DNA of 63,069 nt, counting the filler, from Reclinomonas americana ATCC 50394 (Eukaryota): assembly GCA_048213135.1 (NCBI GenBank). It is 3 parts of 3 records of this genome, joined end to end, with 100 filler letters (N's around TTAATTAATTAA, not from the genome) between each part and the next. Parts side by side here need not be neighbours in the genome. Positions count along the whole stretch, not along the records: positions 31,146 to 60,615 come from PS015226.1; positions 60,716 to 63,069 come from PS015236.1; 1 more part is not named here. One strand, given 5' to 3'. The position numbers and the translations under genes are program-made. The notes beneath the pieces are model-generated. The model was not told where the DNA came from. It saw nothing but the letters and a program-made list of their open reading frames with translations, and searched no databases. Positions 50,127 through 62,960 of this stretch are shown piece after piece; position 1 is the stretch's first letter, and each line of letters starts with the position of its first letter.

Positions 50127-53100
50127 TCATAGATTGTGGCTGGCGGAGACGGTGGCGGCAGCGGAGAGCGACGAGCGTCGCAGAGCGTCCGAGGGAGTAG
50201 TTGGCGTGTTGGCGTCGTCGTCGTCGTCGTCGTCGGAGCCTTCGGATTCGTCGAAACGCGAGTGCAACTGCTCGTAGAGTCGCAGCGCTTCGCGTAGTGT
50301 GCGCGCCTCTTGTGGGTGGCGCTGGAGGGCGCGCAGGACGGCGCTGACACCCTGCCGCTGCTGCACAGCCATTTCCAGAGTGGCGCCGGCGCTGGAGTGG
50401 GAGGTGCGGCGCACGGCGGGGGAGCGGGTGGGCGGGCTGGAGGGGTCGAGGTGTTCCGCGTCCAGATCGGCCGAGTGTTGGCGGATGCGCGGCGCGGCGC
50501 GGGGGGCGGGCAGGATGTCCAACTCCACGTCCTAGTGAAGGGGAAGGGAGGGGGAAGGAGAAAGAGAAGGGTAAGGGAATGAGGGAGTGATGAGAGAGAG
50601 AGAGAGAGACTTGGAGCGAAGAAGAGAGGGCAAGAGAGTCACACAAGACAGAAAGAATAAAGGAAAGCGTAAGAGAGTGAGGAGGTAAAGAGGAGAGAGA
50701 CAAAGGGAAAGGGAAGAGAAAGAGACAGAGAAAGGTCGACGAACAAGAGGAGGACAAGGAGAGTGAGAGAAAAGAGCAAAGAAAAAGAGAGAGAGAAGCG
50801 AGTGAGGGAGACAACGAAGGAAAACGAGAGAAAAGCGATAGCACAGAGAGAAAGAGGAAGGAAAAAAGAGTTAGAAAACGAGAGAGAGCAAGGGAAGAGA
50901 CGTAGAAGAGAGAAGGAGAAAAAGGCCGAAGAACAGAGGAAGTGAACACAAAGGGGAGCGAGAGAAAAGAGAGAGAAGAGAGCAAGGTAAGCGAGAAAGC
51001 GAAAGACAAGGAGAGAGAAAAGCGAGAATAGAAAGGGAAAAGAGAAAATAAGAGAGAGATAGAAACGAGAGAGAAAGAGAGAAGAAAGGCGTGCGAGAGG
51101 AGACGTAGAATGAGAGAATGCGAAAGGGACCGAGGAAGGGAGGAAGGCCAAAGAACAGAGGAAGTGAACACAAAGGGGAGTAAGAGAAAGAGAGAGAAAA
51201 AGCTGAGCGAGACAGAGAAAAGCGAGAACAGAGAGGAGAAAGAGAAAAGAAGAGAGGCAGAGAGCAAACGTGGAATGCATGCAACAATACAGCGAAGCGA
51301 TGTTCGAGTAGGTAACCGAGAGAGAGAGCGAAAGATGACTAGCGCAGAAGAGGAGAGAGAGAGAGAGAACGAAACCCTCAGCTGTGTCCTGCGCCAGAAC
51401 GCGAGATACGGTCGTCAACATCACAAGAAAAGAAGTGCCTATCCCGTCCTTCTCCGTTCCCCACTCTTCCATTCTCCCGTTCCTATCTCTGTCCCTCTTC
51501 CTCTCCCTTCCCTCTCCTCCTTCCCTCATTGCCCACCACCTACCGTCCTGGGCTTCCACGCCTTGTCAAACGAATCCGACTGCACCTGATCAATCGACTG
51601 CACCTTGCGGCCAGACTCGCGGATAAACCACTTTTGCAGGTACTTTTCGTCAAAGAGCGCCACATAGCTGAAATCGCGCGCCTTGCGCTCCTGCATGACC
51701 TCCGCCCAGTACTGCTCGACGGAGCTGTACATGCGGGCCGACTTGGTGAAGTCCACCTTCTTGGCCATTTCGACACCAATCAGGCGCAGCAGCGGGAGAG
51801 TGCTAGCGCCCTGCAGGCCGACCGTGATCAGCACCAGCACCAGGGTGGTGGTGAAGATGAGCGGGGCGTGGTCGGAGGGGCCTGTGAGAGGGGGCAAGTA
51901 GGGTAAGGCGAAGGGTGAAGGAGGTTGAGAGAAAAGGGACGGAGGAGAGGGAGAGAAGACTGAAGGTGAAGGGCGCAGAATACGACAGACAAAAAACGGA
52001 AGAACAACGAGGTGACGAGCTCGATGTCGCACAATCCCCTCGAAGAAAGGACCAATGCCCTCTAGCTCTCTCTCTCTCTCTCTCAACCCATGACACCTTA
52101 GCACAGAAGAAACAAGAGCGACATCTCTTCAACTCCTCTCCCTTTCCTTCTCCCCCTTCACCCCATTCCCCCTCCACGCACCATCCGGCCGCAGCATGTT
52201 AATGGCCAGTGCAAACGCAATGGCTCCACGCAGACCGGAGAACCACATGACAAACTGGTTCTTGCCGACAATCTTCTCCTCGGGGCGGCGGAAGCGGTTG
52301 AGCAGCGCCGAGATCGGGAAAATGTGCACGGCACGGCCGACCAAGCACAGAATGAGCGACCAGATGATGAATGGGAAGTCGAACTTGTGCTCGAACGTGA
52401 AGACGGCCAGGCCGAGGTAGGAGAACACCCAGGTCTCGGCCATGAAGGCGCACGAGCGCACCACGACCTCCAGTGTTTTCTGGAGAGGGCAAAGAGAAGC
52501 GAGTGAGTGGACTCTGCTGTGCATGGGAGGGAAGGGAAGGTGGTCACAAAACCTCTCCGGCCGGACTCAGGTTGCGGCGTGTGTAGTAGTTCATGAAAAT
52601 GCCGGCAGTGAGGATGCACAAGATGCCGGACAAGTGCATGGCCTCGGCCATCAGGTACGGCAGGAAGGAGAAGACGAGGTTCAGGGCGACCTGTTGTGGG
52701 GGTAAGGGGGAAGGTGAGTATATTTTGCAGACAGTCTCCAAACGAAAAATGTGAAATGGTTCACTATTTCCCTTCTCTTTTCTCACCTACTCTTTTCTCT
52801 CTTCCACTCTCTTCTATTCTCCGTATAATAATAGAAACTTCACTGATCCGTTCACAACAATGCGCATCTCGTCTCCTCTTGTTTCTTCTCTTCTCTATCC
52901 TCTTTTCTTCTCCCCTATTATCCTGCCTTGGTTATCACCTCTTTCCTTCAACGACGGAAATGATGAAGGTGCTCTCTTCTCTTCGTGTCCACCTATCGTT
53001 TTCCATCCATTTTCTTTGCTTCCCTCTTCAATTCTCTTCACGTCCCCTCTCCTCTCATCGCTTCTCCACTCCTTTTCTTTCGTCACTTCTCTGTCTTCTA

Positions 53101-55579
53101 TACTGTTCTCATCTCCTCTCGTCTCTCCTCTTCTCCAATCTTGTCTCTTCTCGTCTCTTCCTTCTTTCTCTTCTGCTTCTCATCTATTCTCATCATGGAA
53201 GGGAAGTCATGGATGCGATTCTCTTCTCTTCGTCTCCACCTATCGTCACTTCATCTTCTTTCTTTGGTTCTATTCCCCATCCCTCTCCTCTCTTCTCTCG
53301 TCAACTCATCTTCTCTCGTCTCTCCCTTCTCTTATTCCCTCATCTTTTTTCTCTTTCTTCTATCCTCTTCCTTCTCTCTCCTACCTCTACTTCTCATCTC
53401 AACTTTCACTTCTCCTCCTCTCTTAAATGTCTTCTCATTTGCACCCATGCACTCACTTCCCCCTTCTCCCTTTTGCACTCCCTTCCCCCTTCTCCACTCC
53501 CTTCCCACACTCACCTCAATGTGCGGGTACCGATCAACTCGCACGTGCTTGAAGAAGAGCGCCGAGAGGAACGAGCCCACCACTCCGACGGCAATCGAGC
53601 CAAAGAAGAGGATGCAGAAGGAGCCGAGAGCACCGCCGACCGAGCCGAGGGAGAAGGGAGCGCCCTTGAAGGCGGCCACCGTGCTGTACGCGAGGGAGGA
53701 CAAGGGAAGGAGAGTGAGAAGGAGGGCGAGATATGCGAGTGGCATGTGTAGGTGTGGCGAAACTTGAACAGCACAATGGACACGGCGTCGTTTACGACAC
53801 TCTCGCCAAAGACGACCATGTACAGGGTGGCGTTCACACCGAGGGCGTTGAAAATGGCGAGAGTGGCGACGGGGTCGACGGCGGAAATCAGGGCGCCTGT
53901 GAGTGGAAGAGAGGGCAAGGGTGAGGGGAAAAGAATGAGGCAAGGTACAACGACTGCTTCTCTATCAATAAATCGTTCTGAAAGAGTCGTCAAAGGCCTT
54001 TCGAAGTGAAAAACTGGACTGTCTCTCAGTCCAGCTCTGAGCGCAATTCTCTCTCTCTCGCGTAGCAGGAGTGAGAGACTTGAAAGAGCATAACCGACTA
54101 TCACTCAGAAACGCTAAGAGTCTCTCAATCACGAGGCAAAAGTCCCACCCTCAACGCAACGTGTCCTTTAATCACGGAGCAAGATCACTCAGTCCAGCGC
54201 TCATCACAAAAGTCTCTCTATCATGGTACAGGCTACGTAAAATTGAGCGCTTTCTCACTCGCGTACTCTCTCCTTGCCTAGAACCAACTTCGCACCACTC
54301 CTCCCCTACCCCTTCTCCCTTCTCTCCTATCTCTCTCCCCTTTCTCCCTTTCCCATTCGCACTCACCGAACAAATAGCAATCGAGGAACGGAACGCGCGC
54401 CGAGATACCCCACTCGCCAAACGTGTAGAGACCCGAGCCAATCACCACGCACGACATGACTGTGCCGAAAATGGCAAACGCGCAAATGCTGCCAATGTTG
54501 GCGAAAAAGTCGCCGCGATTCATGTTGTAGCCGGCCTCGAAAATGATACCGGGCAGCAAGAAGATGAAGAAAAGCTCCGGGTCGAGGCGCACAATCGAGG
54601 TGACCTCCTTGCCGGCCAGGCGGACCGACAGGCCAATGACGATGCCAATGAGGATGGTGGCGCAGCTGGAGGGGAGAGAGAGGTGAGCGATGAAGACAGG
54701 AGCGCAACGAGACAAGAGTGGATTCAAATGACAAACCTCTCGGGGAGCAAGTGGAAGTGCTGCAAGAGGAGGAATGCGCAAAACAGAGTCAGTCAGAGCA
54801 GCTGCTGCGTAAGTGGCGATAACCAGCAGGCGAAACGACGCAACGAATTTGAGCAGAATGTATGTGCTGGTGATGCAGAGGACGAGAATGCCAAAGAGCA
54901 CCAGCAGGTATCTGTGTGTGGGGAGGCGAGTGGGGTGAGAGGCGGGGGGGAGGGAAGGAGGAGCAACAAGAAAAGGAGAAACGAGAGAGGGAGCAGACAT
55001 GACTATCTTGCCCTCTGTGTCTCCCTCCACTTCGTCTCGCGAATAGCAGAGTGCAAGACTAATTGTACGCCACATCGACATATCGTGCAGAATGAGAAAA
55101 GAGAGAGAGAGAGAGAGAGGGAGAGAACGCAGACGAGAAGATTCTCTCCTGCAACCACAGTGTCACCACTGAGCGAAAGAGCGCAAGACAGTTCGCGCAA
55201 CGCGCACAAACCTTTGCTGCCACAGGCAATTGTGCACGAGAGACGACACACAGACGTGACTACGTACCTGAACTTCTGTGTCTCACTATGTCTCAGTGTT
55301 GTGCATGTGACAGGCAAAGCCCGATGCCACACCAGCCTCAGCGAGCAATCAACGACGCGGAAAAGGGAGTGGGAGAGAGACACTATTTTCACCTGAATCC
55401 TTCGTGTCNNNNNNNNNNNNNNNNNNNNNNNNNNNNNNNNNNNNNNNNNNNNNNNNNNNNNNNNNNNNNNNNNNNNNNNNNNNNNNNNNNNNNNNNNNNN
55501 NNNNNNNNNNNNNNNNNNNNNNNNNNNNNNNNNNNNNNNNNNNNNNNNNNNNNNNNNNNNNNNNNNNNNNNNNNNNCTA

Positions 55580-55612
<33 letters not shown>

Positions 55613-56003
55613 TCACTCTCTCTCTCTCTCTTTCCCTACCTTCTACTCTCTCTCTCTCTTTCCCTACCTTCACTCTCTCTCTCTCTCTCTCTCTGTATGT
55701 TCACGACGTCAGATATCACAGATTGCATTCTCTCTCTCTCTCTTCCCACTTTTCCTCTCTCTCTCTTTCATATAATGAGCGCACGCAACTGTGCCTCCAA
55801 GTTCTCCTCGCCCACACACAACGGATTGGAAATGATCACTCCGCCCTCGCCTTCAGTCTCCGTGGGATTCGTTGTCTCGCCCTCAGAGTGCCCAGCAGAA
55901 GAGTACAACCAGTCTGAGAGAGAGAGAGAGAAGAATGAGAGAGAGAGGAGGGGAGGGGGAGGGAGTGAGAGAGTGAGTGAGTGAAGGAGTGAGGGCAAGA
56001 GGC

Positions 56004-56035
<32 letters not shown>

Positions 56036-56335
56036 TGAGTGAGTGAAAGAGAGAGAGAGAGAGCAGAGAGTAAGTGTGAGTGAGTGAGTGTGAGAGTGAG
56101 TGTGAGTGAGCGAGTGAGAGTGATTGAGTGATTGCTGTGAGTGAGTGAGTGAGTGAGTGCAGTGCAGTAAGTGAGTGCAAGAGAGTGAGTGAGGTGGCAA
56201 TTTCCACTACTCTTCTCTCTCTCTCTTTTTGCGTTTGTTTGCCACGCAACTTCGTGCATGTGCGGTGTTGCTTACGGCTGCAGCTGCCACGAGCAGCAGC
56301 AGCAGAAGCGGCAGAAGCAGTGGTCTTCGTCCCAT
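50127..56335 (-). CDS. CPA1 Na+/H+ exchanger (NHE8/endosomal NHX-like) with signal peptide
   Basis: [133 protein letters not shown]. Confidence 0.92.
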
Positions 56336-57531
56336 GAATGAATGACTGAGTGTGTGTGCTGTGGGACAGATGCGCGGTGACTCATCCGGAATTGTCTCCA
56401 GTAATNNNNNNNNNNNNNNNNNNNNNNNNNNNNNNNNNNNNNNNNNNNNNNNNNNNNNNNNNNNNNNNNNNNNNNNNNNNNNNNNNNNNNNNNNNNNNNN
56501 NNNNNNNNNNNNNNNNNNNNNNNNNNNNNNNNNNNNNNNNNNNNNNNNNGCAAAAGCAGTGGTGGTGTGACGTGGTTGAAACAGGAGAGAGCTTGTCATG
56601 TTGTTGGTGAGGCTCATATCGGTGGTGGCTTGAGCAGGCAGTAGGCGCAGTTGTTGTTGTTGTTGTTGTTGTCATTGTTGTCGCATCAGTGATTTCAAAC
56701 ACTGTGACAGCCACTGACCGGTGGTCGCAGAGTGAGAACCAAGAGGACTGAGGGTTGAGAGCTAAATTGTGACAACGCACTTCTGCGTCTGTTGCGCAGC
56801 TTCGCCATACTTTTCCGTCTTCACTATCGTTCCACCAACTGCGTGGAGCGAGCAGTGGGTCGACGGAGCTGCAGCGGCGGCAGGTGGAAGCCCGGCGCCG
56901 GCGAGAACGACGCGGCGCGGAGATGTGCAGCTACATAATGCACATGTGTCAGCATCGTGCAGTGACGAGTGAATGCGTGCAAGCACGAGACCTTCTCCGT
57001 ATTCGTGGTACGGCAGTGGTGACTGGCGAACGAGCCAGCCGGGTGGAATGGCAGCTGATACGAGGTACGCGATGAGTGCAAGTGAGGGATAAGAGAGAGA
57101 GAGAGAGAGAGGGTGAGAGCGTGGGAGAAAGAAAATAAGAGCGAGAGAAGAGGGAAAGAAAGACAGCATGTAGTAGAGGGACTCCACCTTGACTGTTCGG
57201 CCGCGGAGACGGTGGTGACACTGTACGTGCGCAATAAGGAACCGTTTCTCCCTCATCACAAACCACATACAACACGTACCTGCAGCTGGCAACGGCGGAC
57301 GCTGCAACGGAACGCTCGCTCCCGCCGGTGGACCAACAGTAAACAGATAGCCAACCGCCGGCATCTCCTCCGACAAGCGCCCACCTGCACAACAACAATC
57401 GTCACATTACTCTCTCCATTCTCATCGTGCGTATTTACACACACCTGCAACTGAAGGCATTTGTGGCAGCCGCAGTAGTCGAGGCATGGGCTGTGCGGTG
57501 GTACGACTCCGTGAGTAAGCAAGTGAGAGAG

Positions 57532-58957
57532 TCACACGGCGGCGACGCTCAACGACAACCGCACCCGACGTCCGATGAACGGCAGGTGCGCGCGCTGCTG
57601 TAGATTCCTCCGAATGGATTGCACGTGCAGCGGAATGAGGTCGTGAAGCGATGGAGTCGGGGTCGCGGGTGGGATTGCATCTGCCGACACAGAACCATGC
57701 ATGAGCACACCGGCCACCTGCCTCAAGTCATGGAGCGCTTGACAATAAATACCGCCGGCAAGGAGAGGTGCAGCGGGTGTGCTGACGACATTGACGACAG
57801 CCTCCTCCTCCGCCTTCATGCGCGCTTCTTTGGCTTTGGCCTCTGCACGCGAAGGAAATGAGGAACAGTGAGGTCACACAAAAGAGGGAGCCACCGCAAA
57901 AAGAGCCTCACCAGCAGCGGCAAGCTCTTCCTTCACCAACTCGTCCTCCTCTGTCGTCTTGCGCAGCTTGCGAGACGAGCAGCATGCAAACCACAGGACC
58001 AGGAGTCCGACAAGTACGACGCCAGCAATAATTACGAGCCACCACCAGCACATGAATCCAGAGCAACTCACTGCCGCCGTCGTCGTTGTCACCGAATCGG
58101 TGCCTGCCGAAGGCATGGTCGCTGACATTGATGGAGAACTCGAGCTTCCACCACTGGCGGCAGGTGGATCAAGCGCAGGGTCACCGCCAACGTCCACGGG
58201 CACCGACACCAGCGAGCCAGCCAACGAAGCCTCCGGGCTCGACGGTGTCACCACGCGGAACACGTCGGAGCCGCCAATGATCTGCGCCGTGGGGTTGTTG
58301 ACGTCGATGATCCACGCGCGCAGCCACGAGTCTTGCGTAATGGGCTGCGATCTCAATCTCCGTGGTTGGTCGGCAGTGCGAGTACTGGTGGTCGACCCTT
58401 GTCTACGTGAGTGACAGAGAGAAGCGTTAAGTGATGGGATGCGGTGTGGTCGGATCGTGACGAAGGCGCAACTGTGGAAAGTCTGGTACCCACGAAACAA
58501 CGTTCGGTGTGCCAAGTGGTCCACACGCAGAATGCACGACCGAGTAGAAAAGAACGCGCGGATCATTCTCGTCGAGTCGACGCGCATTAGGACCACTGCG
58601 AATGAATGCACGCTCCGGTGCAGGCACCGATAGAGTTCCGATAATGGTGCCAAAGGAATCCAGGCTCAACATCGAGTCTGTGCATACGCCCATCGATGAG
58701 AAAACTGAGCTGTTTTCTCTTCTGCGCCTGATGCACAGTACTCACCAAGGACGACGACGGCGGCATCGTTCATCTTTTGACGGTTGCACGAAAAAGTAAT
58801 AATCACCGTGTCGTTTGATCGGTACACCGTGCCATAGGCCGGCGTGGTCACAAAGATGTTTGGAACTGCAGAGATCAATGTAAGAGATACGAGTACAGTG
58901 CCAACATATCATCACTCACACAAAGAAGTCCACATTGCCTTGGAGGTACTCACACCA
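57532..58957 (-). CDS. Single-pass (type I-like) membrane protein, partial; may splice further toward ~56600
   Basis: Beta-rich ectodomain exons, Ser/Thr-rich stalk, TM WWWLVIIAGVVLVGLLVLWFACC followed by basic SSRKLRK; 5' end in gap. Confidence 0.6.
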
Positions 58958-59781
58958 CTGGCGTGCTCACTCTCGTCCCACAGATCTATCACTCTTCCTC
59001 CACGTTTCTCTTTCTCTTCTCTTTATCTGTTTGCACCTCCCTCAGTACGAATATCCCCTTCTCCTTCTCCCTTCTCTTTCCTCCTCTCCCTCTCCCTCTC
59101 CCTCTNNNNNNNNNNNNNNNNNNNNNNNNNNNNNNNNNNNNNNNNNNNNNNNNNNNNNNNNNNNNNNNNNNNNNNNNNNNNNNNNNNNNNNNNNNNNNNN
59201 NNNNNNNNNNNNNNNNNNNNNNNNNNNNNNNNNNNNNNNNNNNNNNNNNNNNNNNNNNNNNNNNNNNNNNNNNNNNNNNNNNNNNNNNNNNNNNNNNNNN
59301 NNNNNNNNNNNNNNNNNNNNNNNNNNNNNNNNNNNNNNNNNNNNNNNNNNNNNNNNNNNNNNNNNNNNNNNNNNNNNNNNNNNNNNNNNNNNNNNNNNNN
59401 NNNNNNNNNNNNNNNNNNNNNNNNNNNNNNNNNNNNNNNNNNNNNNNNNNNNNNNNNNNNNNNNNNNNNNNNNNNNNNNNNNNNNNNNNNNNNNNNNNNN
59501 NNNNNNNNNNNNNNNNNNNNNNNNNNNNNNNNNNNNNNNNNNNNNNNNNNNNNNNNNNNNNNNNNNNNNNNNNNNNNNNNNNNNNNNNNNNNNNNNNNNN
59601 NNNNNNNNNNNNNNNNNNNNNNNNNNNNNNNNNNNNNNNNNNNNNNNNNNNNNNNNNNNNNNNNNNNNNNNNNNNNNNNNNNNNNNNNNNNNNNNNNNNN
59701 NNNNNNNNNNNNNNNNNNNNNNNNNNNNNNNNNNNNNNNNNNNNNNNNNNNNNNNNNNNNNNNNNNNNNNNNNNNNNNNNN

Positions 59782-60615
59782 GCCACTGTCACCTTCCAGT
59801 ATTCCACCGACATGACATTTGCCTCGTTCAGCGTCGTCAACAGTGTCGTGCCAGCCGGGCCGGTGACCGGCAACACTGGCGTCAGTGTATCCGGCTCCGC
59901 CACTCCGCTGTTGTCCGCAACGCAATACTATTACCGCACGGTGGTTTCCTTTGCTGATGCTGGCACCACTCTTGTCGGCGCCGACACGCCTCCACTGTCG
60001 TTCACGACGTTGCCAGTGCCGAGTGTTGCCACTGCGGCGGCCGTCAGCGGCTTCAACAGCGCCACGCTGAATGGCATCGTCAATCCGCAAGGCAGCACCG
60101 CCGCAGTCGCCTTTCAGGTCGTTGGCGTGGGAGAAGTGGTGGCCATGATGCTTGGCGCCGCAGTCACTGGCTCCGCACCGGTCAATGTGAGTGCCAACAT
60201 TTCCGGTCTCGTGCCGGCGTCCACCTACTCGTATCGCATGGTGGCCACGGTGGCCGGTCAAATCCTCACGGGCAACACGCTGCAGTTTACGCTGATCTCT
60301 CAGCTGCCCGTGCTGTCGTCCTTGTCTCTGTTGTCGATTCACCAGACGTATGCGGATGTGGCGGCGCAAGTCGTTCCCGGCGGACCGCTGGCCACTGACG
60401 TGGTGTTTGAGGTGTCGACGAGCTCTGTGTTCTTGGCGGGCACCGTGCAGACGTTTACCCCAGTGCCGTCGACGGGCCTCACCGGCACTGCGCCGATTGC
60501 GTTGACACTGCAGGCACAATCACTCAGTCCCGGCACCGCCTACTACATGCGCCTCGTGTCTACCGTGGCGGGCTCGTCCGTGGTGTCGCCCGCGAGTTCA
60601 TTTTCCACGCCAGCC
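59782..60615 (+). CDS. Fragment encoding about three fibronectin type III-like repeats
   Basis: Repeating SATLNGIVNPQG..VAF...VSANISGLVPASTYSYRMVAT...FT; units end in ATQYYYR, ASTYSYR and GTAYYMR; open between two gaps. Confidence 0.75.
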
Positions 60616-60659
60616 NNNNNNNNNNNNNNNNNNNNNNNNNNNNNNNNNNNNNNNNNNNN

Positions 60660-60671
60660 TTAATTAATTAA
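60660..60671. other. Artificial scaffold linker (TTAATTAATTAA)
   Basis: Same 12-mer within N runs as at 31090. Confidence 0.95.
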
Positions 60672-61949
60672 NNNNNNNNNNNNNNNNNNNNNNNNNNNNN
60701 NNNNNNNNNNNNNNNGCAGGCGGCAGCGAGAATATCAACTGCGGTGCTCGCGGCAGCGCCGGGATGCCCGCGGGCGGCGATGCAGCAGCCGACGCCGTTG
60801 CTGCAGCAACACTCACGGGCGTCGTCAAGAACTCATACGACAAGCCGTAGTGCTCGTACACGTGACGGGAGGAGCTCGGCAAGCGAGACACAAACGGAGG
60901 CGAGATGGCTGTTGGCGACTCGACGCTCTCTCGCGACTGGTATGGCGACAGGAAGCTATGCACACAAGAGGGTCACCACACTGCACAGACTTGAGTGAAG
61001 AAGAGCAGCAACGCAACGTGGTGACTGGAGGCGGCGACACGACCACTGTTGGTGGAGGAGGCGAGTGCGCTGGAGGCGAGGTCGGCAGCTGCTGTGGCGA
61101 CGCGCGCGCAGCCACCTTGCTTGCCACCACCTCCAAGTACTTGTCAATCGTGCGCAAATGCCGATCATTGAGGTCGGCAATCCANNNNNNNNNNNNNNNN
61201 NNNNNNNNNNNNNNNNNNNNNNNNNNNNNNNNNNNNNNNNNNNNNNNNNNNNNNNNNNNNNNNNNNNNNNNNNNNNNNNNNNNNNNNNNNNNNNNNNNNN
61301 NNNNNNNNNNNNNNNNNNNNNNNNNNNNNNNNNNNNNNNNNNNNNNNNNNNNNNNNNNNNNNNNNNNNNNNNNNNNNNNNNNNNNNNNNNNNNNNNNNNN
61401 NNNNNNNNNNNNNNNNNNNNNNNNNNNNNNNNNNNNNNNNNNNNNNNNNNNNNNNNNNNNNNNNNNNNNNNNNNNNNNNNNNNNNNNNNNNNNNNNNNNN
61501 NNNNNNNNNNNNNNNNNNNNNNNNNNNNNNNNNNNNNNNNNNNNNNNNNNNNNNNNNNNNNNNNNNNNNNNNNNNNNNNNNNNNNNNNNNNNNNNNNNNN
61601 NNNNNNNNNNNNNNNNNNNNNNNNNNNNNNNNNNNNNNNNNNNNNNNNNNNNNNNNNNNNNNNNNNNNNNNNNNNNNNNNNNNNNNNNNNNNNNNNNNNN
61701 NNNNNNNNNNNNNNNNNNNNNNNNNNNNNNNNNNNNNNNNNNNNNNNNNNNNNNNNNNNNNNNNNNNNNNNNNNNNNNNNNNNNNNNNNNNNNNNNNNNN
61801 NNNNNNNNNNNNNNNNNNNNNNNNNNNNNNNNNNNNNNNNNNNNNNNNNNNNNNNNNNNNNNNNNNNNNNNNNNNNNNNNNNNNNNNNNNNNNNNNNNNN
61901 NNNNNNNNNNNNNNNNNNNNNNNNNNNNNNNNNNNNNNNNNNNNNNNNN

Positions 61950-62960
61950 AGCTACTACGCACCCGACAAGTCGAGTCCCATACTGACATCGTCGGGGAAG
62001 CTGGAAAACGAGGCCGACGCATTGCTGGCGCCACTCCGCTTCGATGTCACCGATTGCGGGCTCCCGCCCGCAGTCCCATTCAAGTCGGTGTCAATCGCGC
62101 CAGGCAGCTTTCGACTCTGCTGCACCAGTGGACCGCGCGTGTGCGCATGTGAGCGACCACAAGGGAAGGAGGCACGCGAGAAAAAAAACGCGGGAAGAAG
62201 AATCTCACATGTTGTTGCGCCGGCGATGCAGGCGACAGTCCACTTGTCGGAGATCGCCGCTGGTGTGTCTGCGGGTGCTCCTGCGATGACGACGGTCCAG
62301 GCAGCGAGGGATGTCTCGACTGCTGACTGGCATTCACCGTGGTGTCGTCCCACTGCGGAATGGTGATATCAAAGTTCTGCCAATCGCTGCGATGAGCAAC
62401 ACACGCGCGCGCGAAGAGGAGAAGGCACTCAGACCGATGACGACAGCAGCTCCATCTCATCCAACAGTCGCTGATCATCATCATCAACATCGCCGCCCTC
62501 GCGCGGTCCATGCATCACCAAAGTCGACGACTGATCCATGCTGCCTCCATTCTGACGCACACCACCCTCTTCATCTCCATCATCATCATCCTCGTCATGC
62601 GCATCATCACTCGCTGCGCTGTCATTCAACAACAAACGCTGTTGCTGCTCTTGATGCTGCTCCTGTGCGCGTGCAGTGGGCGTGCTCACGCGACGCACAG
62701 GCAGTCGCGATGAGGACGACGATAGTGATGAGGTCGACGACTTGAGCACAGGCAGTCGCGAGGACATTGGCGGAGAAGGAGACGAGGCAAGGGACGAGGA
62801 AGAGCGCGCGTGGGACGAGGACACTCTTTCATTGGTGCGATGTTGCGGAGAGAGTGTGAGACGTGGTGCGCTGCACATGCCGACAGTGATCTGAGTGTGA
62901 CTGGAGGCGATGCTGAGTCGGTGGAGCTGGCAGTGGCCGGTCGCCCACTGCTGACAGTGT
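61950..62960 (+). CDS. Hypothetical multi-exon protein fragment
   Basis: Coding-like segments (SYYAPDKSSPIL..., His-rich and acidic stretches) with plausible GT-AG introns; no family recognised. Confidence 0.35.

Noticed and set aside
50044-53767. Long Ser/Leu/Phe-rich ORFs that look like membrane proteins (also 41238-43133, 44228-45676)
   Set aside because: Translations of CT-rich intronic tracts that lack stop codons; not protein-like.
33966-56335. Endolysosomal/autophagy gene cluster (mucolipin, Beclin, EMC10, NHE)
   Set aside because: All are common housekeeping genes, separated by gaps; no evidence of co-regulation, and chance adjacency is plausible.
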